From Octopus bimaculoides (lineage: Eukaryota): DNA of 64,000 nt. Below are positions 62,813 through 64,000 of this stretch, piece by piece. The translations under genes and the position numbers were made by a program. The stretch's first letter is position 1; each line of letters opens with the position of its first letter. Location of the stretch: assembly GCF_001194135.2 (NCBI RefSeq), contig NC_068999.1:53948849-54012848 (forward strand), in the 5' to 3' direction. The notes beneath the pieces are model-generated. The model was not told the origin of the DNA. It was given only the letters and a program-made list of their open reading frames with translations, and searched no databases.

Positions 62813-63174
62813 AACGTATCGTGCAGAGTCAGAAATGTTTTCAACTTTTATTGTATGATGTCTAAATCTCAAGTCTTCTGAGATCAAGGTAGGACAACTG
62901 CTGTGCTGATAACGTCATCTAGAGCAGAAACATGTACATAGCTGTCCTCTTGTTTCTAGACAGTCTTTTCCTTAACGACATGTCAGTTTCAGAGAAATTT
63001 TTATTTCGAGATTGTCTCATCATCTGATTTGAAGTTGGTTACCAATTACCACAAGGCATTGTTCATTCTTTTCAAGGGTTAGGTAATTCTAATAAATCAA
63101 GAATTTATCTTGTATCGTGTTTAAGATACCTTTATTCCCCCCTCTCTCTCCATTGTATGTATGATGCATGTAGA

Positions 63175-63330
63175 GGGGCAGGTATGGCTGTGTGGTTAAG
63201 TTTGCTTTCCAACCACATGCTTTCGGTTTCAGTCCCACGGCATGGGGGCCTTGGGCAAGTGTCTTCTATTATAACTCCGGATCGACTAAAGCCTTGTGAG
63301 TGGATTTGGTAGGTGGAAATTGAAATGAGG

Positions 63331-63409
<79 letters not shown>

Positions 63410-63420
63410 TTTGTCTTGAC
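63175..63420 (+). mobile_element. SINE family A, 5' half with (TG)n
   Basis: ggggcaggtatggctgtgtggttaag...gtgagtggatttggtag. Confidence 0.8.
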
Positions 63421-63845
63421 GTCGCGTTATTGCTTTAAACGAATGTTCTGCGGAAATATATATGGCGATTGAGAGTTATCAACTTGCTTGAAAACGGGTA
63501 AAGGTTGGCGACAAGAAGGGCATCCTGTCACAGAAAATCTGCCTCTATGAACTCCTTCCGACCCATGCAAACATGGAAAAGTGGACGTTAAAATGATGAT
63601 GTTGATGATGTGTGTGTTGCTTAACACTAGATCCACCTTCATTGGATGAACTTATGATCAAACGTGTTCCAGTTATGACCACTTAGGCATCATGTTTCTA
63701 ATATATTTTCCAATGTAGAGATCAGATACTTATTTTTAATCAGTGGGACGTGATTTATGAGAAATCTCACTGCTATTTCTAACAGGTGGGACGACCAGGT
63801 ATAAAGTAGCCTTCTTTATTTATATAATACATGCATATGAGAGTG

Positions 63846-63908
<63 letters not shown>
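63325..63908. repeat. Long (TG)n microsatellites (63325-63408, 63849-63908; also 60534-60588)
   Basis: Directly visible. Confidence 0.9.
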
Positions 63909-63910
<2 letters not shown>

Positions 63911-64000
63911 GGAGCGAGCGGGCACGCGCGTTTGTCTGATTTGTTGATGAAATACTTTGACCTAGATAAATGGAAATAGAGGAAGAGGGGGACGCAAAAG

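Overview
Eukaryotic, AT-rich, microsatellite- and SINE-dense genomic DNA with six N-gaps. The repeat families look cephalopod, most likely Octopus (inference from recalled repeat motifs, not verified by search). All of the following lie on the + strand. (1) The 3' part of a Shark/HTK16 (Syk-family) non-receptor tyrosine kinase: 10 exons, 2001-17178, covering the C-terminal SH2, linker and an intact kinase domain; one linker exon appears to be missing. (2) An apparently genuine U6 snRNA gene (~21359-21465) with a TATA box, a T7 terminator and a variant but fully paired 5' stem. (3) A GC-rich, disrupted LTR-type reverse transcriptase fragment between 43-bp direct repeats. (4) A complete RBMX/hnRNP G-like gene (CDS 26406-40524, ~501 aa) with candidate micro-exons and a competing acceptor that suggest regulated or unproductive splicing. 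From 41 kb to 64 kb there is no convincing CDS, only TE relics, foldback elements and a CpG-rich putative promoter with minus-strand non-coding exons. The most unusual signals are several independent Penelope-type minimal hammerhead ribozyme relics. Two of them form the tails of a head-to-head pair of tRNA-headed SINEs joined by a perfect 65-bp palindrome inside an RBMX intron. All calls were made by eye, and TE boundaries are approximate.
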